From assembly GCA_010015805.1 (NCBI GenBank), contig ML978122.1:2762453-2826452 (forward strand): a DNA stretch of 64,000 bases, given 5' to 3'. Every line of letters starts with the position of its first letter. The stretch's first letter is position 1. A program made the position numbers and the translations under genes. Positions 60,351-64,000 of the stretch are shown piece after piece. The notes under the pieces are model-generated. The model searched no databases, was not told the origin of the DNA, and saw only the letters and a program-made list of their open reading frames with translations. Source of the stretch: Rhizodiscina lignyota (lineage: Eukaryota).

Positions 60351-63265
60351 CTAAGCGTACCATTGACTCTCATCATAACCTAAGAAACCTCCGAAGCCCA
60401 GACCCTGACTTGTTGGAACTACCGGCCGGGTATTAACACCATTCCCATGCAAATTACCCATGCCCTGTCCCATACCCGCTGCATTTGCACTTTCCATTGC
60501 ACTTAACGCCTTGATTAAAGTACTATTAGACGCCGAAGTGCCCATAGTCATACCTCCTGCATTGCCCATAGCACCACCGACAGGGCCGCCAGAAGTTGGG
60601 GCCAATGGCGGAGACGTCTGCGTTGTAGAACCGAAAGCAGACTCTGGCATGCCCGCCGCAAACCATGCGCCCGCAGCTTCGGCATCTGTCCAGTTGTCGA
60701 AGCCAAGTGCAAGCTGGCTCTGATCATGCATCCACCAATCCTGGCCGTTGTCGCTTGTTCGGAGCAGCTGGTCCACACCGCCGAACATATCCGATGGACT
60801 TGCCCTGGATACCGGTGTAGCGTTTGCAACACTGTCGATGCTCGGTCTCGATTGGATGGTCCCCGGATCGGGCGATGCGCTGGTAGTTGCGGGGGTGGCG
60901 GACGTAATATTGAGATATGCTTGGAGTTCTTGTGCGCTTTGGGGCGGTGGGATGGATCTAGGCGATGCCGCAGCACCACCAGGGAAGTGATTCTGCGTTG
61001 CAGTAGCAGTCGTGACTGGGAGTGGAGGAAGTTGCATGACCTGACTAGGTGAGATCTGTGGTGGCGATAGAGACTGTCTCTGTTCCAACGAGAGATTCTT
61101 CGTCTTTGGCGAGGTAACATAATCAAGCGTGAAGGGACCGAATTTCTCTTCGCATCGTGTCAGGACTTGCGACGCTTCTTCCGGTAGCTCTATATTCCAC
61201 TTTTTGCTCAAGACGCTGAGAATGCTGAGCGTTCGTCTAGCGCAGAGCCACGATTCGGCGATTTCCTCGAGATGCTTCACGCCGTGGGTGATGTCTCGCT
61301 TTGCGTTCTTCTCAGGGAGATTGAGAAGGTGTATTGTGCATGCGTTTTGAATTATGTATATTGCGACATTGCAGATCTGGCGGAGACCGTGAGAGCGTTT
61401 GTACAATCGAAAGAGTTTGGATATCATGGCAGCAGCGCTGGTGCAGAGTTTTCGAGGCGACACATTTGATGGGAGAGGGGAATGCTGAGGAGAGTATTTT
61501 AGGAAAGGACGGAAGAGGTGGATATAAAGCAGTTGGAAGAACATGCTAGGAGGTGTAAGTGCCACATAGATCCCAAGGTTGTAGATCGCGACTTACTGAG
61601 CGACAAGCATATTTGGCAAACCACCTTCCTTCGGCTCGAATTCTTTCGGAAGGTCTCGTCTCCATCCTTCAAGCCGTTGATGAATTTCACTAAGCTTCTT
61701 CAGCTCAGCTTGCTTGCCCTTGGCTTTGTCTATATCGATTGGGTTGTAAAAGTAATTCATGAGATCACCAGAAATCTCGCAGAGCGATGATATTTGCCGT
61801 GCGACAGCTCTTGTCCTGCTCGGCTGGGCATGCGACTGGTTGAATCCTGAATCTGTGTACGCAGCCCATGTTTCCGCATCTTCCGCAGGGAAGACCTCGA
61901 ATTTTGGTACCGTGATTATGGACGAAGGCAGTTGAGGAAGGCGCCCGAGATAGTTGCTCCAGCACTTGTCGAAAAGGAAGCAGCCCCAGAATGTTATCCT
62001 CCTCGCATCTTCGTCTATTTCGTCGCGTGTTGCTAGTGCACCAGAATCCAGATTCAGTCCGAGGTCACAGGCCATTCGGAAGCTCATCCCTGAGTACACC
62101 CAGCCTTTAGCTTCTCTCCCACACCCAGCCTCCCTCACAGACATCAAAGCAAGCGCTTGCACTGTCGGAAGGGATGGCTTCTCATGCTCGTCATTCTCCA
62201 AGATAAGCCGTTTTGCCTCTCTGAAGAAATGTTCTCCGGCTGTAGCAGAGTCGTCCGGATCTGACCTAGCACTTGGACGTGCTGTGAAATGGCATCCCAA
62301 AGCGCACATCGCGTTGACAAGGAGAGGTGTGCAATACTTTCGTCCATTTCCAGATGGCGGATTGCCGAGCATGAAGTCTCTGAAGAATAGTGATTTGGAA
62401 AGCGTCGTGAAATATGCGTAATGCCAGGTGAAATACATGTTAAGCAGATGGGTGACCAGATCCGCTTCGGTCGTAACGGTCGTCCAAGACGTGATGGGAT
62501 TCTCCTGCTGCATCTCGTCTATAAAGTCTAACGACATCATCCCCTCGCCCACATCTTCTCCAGCGCTGTGTCCCGCGAATAACAGATGCGAAGTGCCGCC
62601 GATATATCTCGTGAAGCCATCTTCCAGTCGTAGTTCACCCATCTTGCCGGACAACTGCTTCTCAAATTCGGGCTTTGTTGACATATCCTCTTCATCTTCG
62701 GACGCGAAGTCCTCATCCTCCTCTTCTATGCCAGCTTCCTTGGCAAGTATGCCTTCCGCAACCGTGTCGAGACTCTCGCATGTTCGTATGGATTTTATCA
62801 GGTCTGGTACCTCTCCTTCAGGATAATTCAGGATTGCTTGTATGAGTACCTCGAGCGTCGAGTTCCGCGTCTTCAGCTTGTCAATGTCCTTCTTGTACAC
62901 TCCCTTCCGCCGATGGTCAGAGTTCGGGTCGTACACGCATTCGGTATTGTATACAGAGGCGCAAGACGAGCACGCAGGCAAGTTACCATCGCACTGGGAT
63001 TCAATATCAGCTTCATGCATACAACCGCGGCGACAATTGCATTGGGATCCGCGCCATTGGGGCATACTTTACTCTTCCGCCGCCGACACGCTATACACGC
63101 GGTACTAACACACCTCCTCTTTGCCGCCTCGTCTGCAGAGACATCCTTTTTCCGATTCCGCACGCGCGCCTTTGGTCTCTGCGCCTGCTCAGGAAGCTGT
63201 GTCGCGGCGTAGCTCTCAGCATTGGTGGCGGGCGGAGCGGGTTGTAGAGGGCTAATGTTGTCCAT
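60351..63265 (-). CDS. nirA: Zn(II)2Cys6 nitrate-assimilation transcription factor NirA/NIT-4
   Basis: CVSTACIACRRRKSK / intron / CDGNLPACSSCASVYNTECVYDPNSDHRRKGVYKKD, NES-like QLSGKMGELRLE, fungal TF middle domain (YFTWHY, GWVYSGMSFRMACDLGL, RRITFWGCFLFD) and a second intron ~61597-61547. Confidence 0.9.
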
Positions 63266-64000
63266 TGAGCCTCAGGCTGTTCGAGCAGTAGCCTAGAAGC
63301 ACTCTCAGGTTACTGCGCCATGCCGCGCATCGAATATTTACTTGATGTCCGGGGTCTGGGAGTCAGAAAGGTCTTTAGTCAGGCGCCCGCTCGGTCGTAA
63401 ATCTAGAAGGCGGTCGGTGCCACGGAATTTGTCCGCGGCTTGCTGTTGATTTCAATCTTTGCGGTATTTCTGATCCGAGAAGGATTTGACGTGACTCCCA
63501 AAGCTCACAGAATCAGGATTAAATGAATCTCGAGGTTGAGGTATATTCCTGCTTACAAAAGAACGAAATTGATAGGTGGTGCCCAGCTGAGACGCCAGTG
63601 GTGCCCCCACCTCCGCAGTTATCAGCCCAAAGGGGAAAGGTGTGGAAGATTCATGCATAATCTGTGCAGAACCTCAGATATCTGGCGGATCGGAGATAGA
63701 TCCACTATCTCGCTAACTCGATGGGCAGACAGGGGCAGTTTCGCCGTCATTCTGATGTAGTCTCGTCCATGATGTTAAGAACCAATGTGCCAATGTCGAC
63801 TTGACTGTATTGGGTCTGATTCAATGCAAGTGCATAAGGGCGACAACAATTAGAACGCAAAACTGTATTGATAAGAATTCATAACTGTCTTGTATTCGTA
63901 CTCGTAACTCGTAGTTCATTCATCATAACGAACGTCGGGGGTATCATACCATGCACTATTCTCATGCAATCCCAAGCCACCTGCGCAATGCAATGCCGTC

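Overview
Gene-dense, intron-containing DNA from a filamentous ascomycete (Pezizomycotina; GT-AG introns of mostly 50-110 nt with CTRAC branch points). I cannot name the species. Recognisable core genes: YdfG/YMR226C-type SDR, PEX12, FIP1, NUP49, cytoplasmic dynein heavy chain, peroxisomal Lon, ATP25, NMD3, a Vcx1-type Ca2+/H+ exchanger, a RING-SNF2 helicase and the nitrate regulator NirA/NIT-4. Between NUP49 and dynein lies an accessory-looking ~12 kb block. It holds an HpcH/HpaI aldolase, a RIP-like pseudogene, an ALDH3-type dehydrogenase and an intact 7-exon, ~1,614-aa sacsin/NO VEIN-like GHKL ATPase with a C-terminal PD-(D/E)xK-type nuclease domain, which is the best candidate for an uncharacterised system. 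Other notable items not visible in the ORF track: a 7-exon divergent histone H4 variant, a 536-nt NUP49 intron that is stop-free in the coding frame, tandem alternative terminal exons in the SDR, an apparent GT-AT intron in the exchanger, and several decayed local duplications. No rRNA, intact tRNA, intact transposon or CRISPR array was recognised. All gene models were spliced by eye and family calls rest on motif recognition, not database searches.
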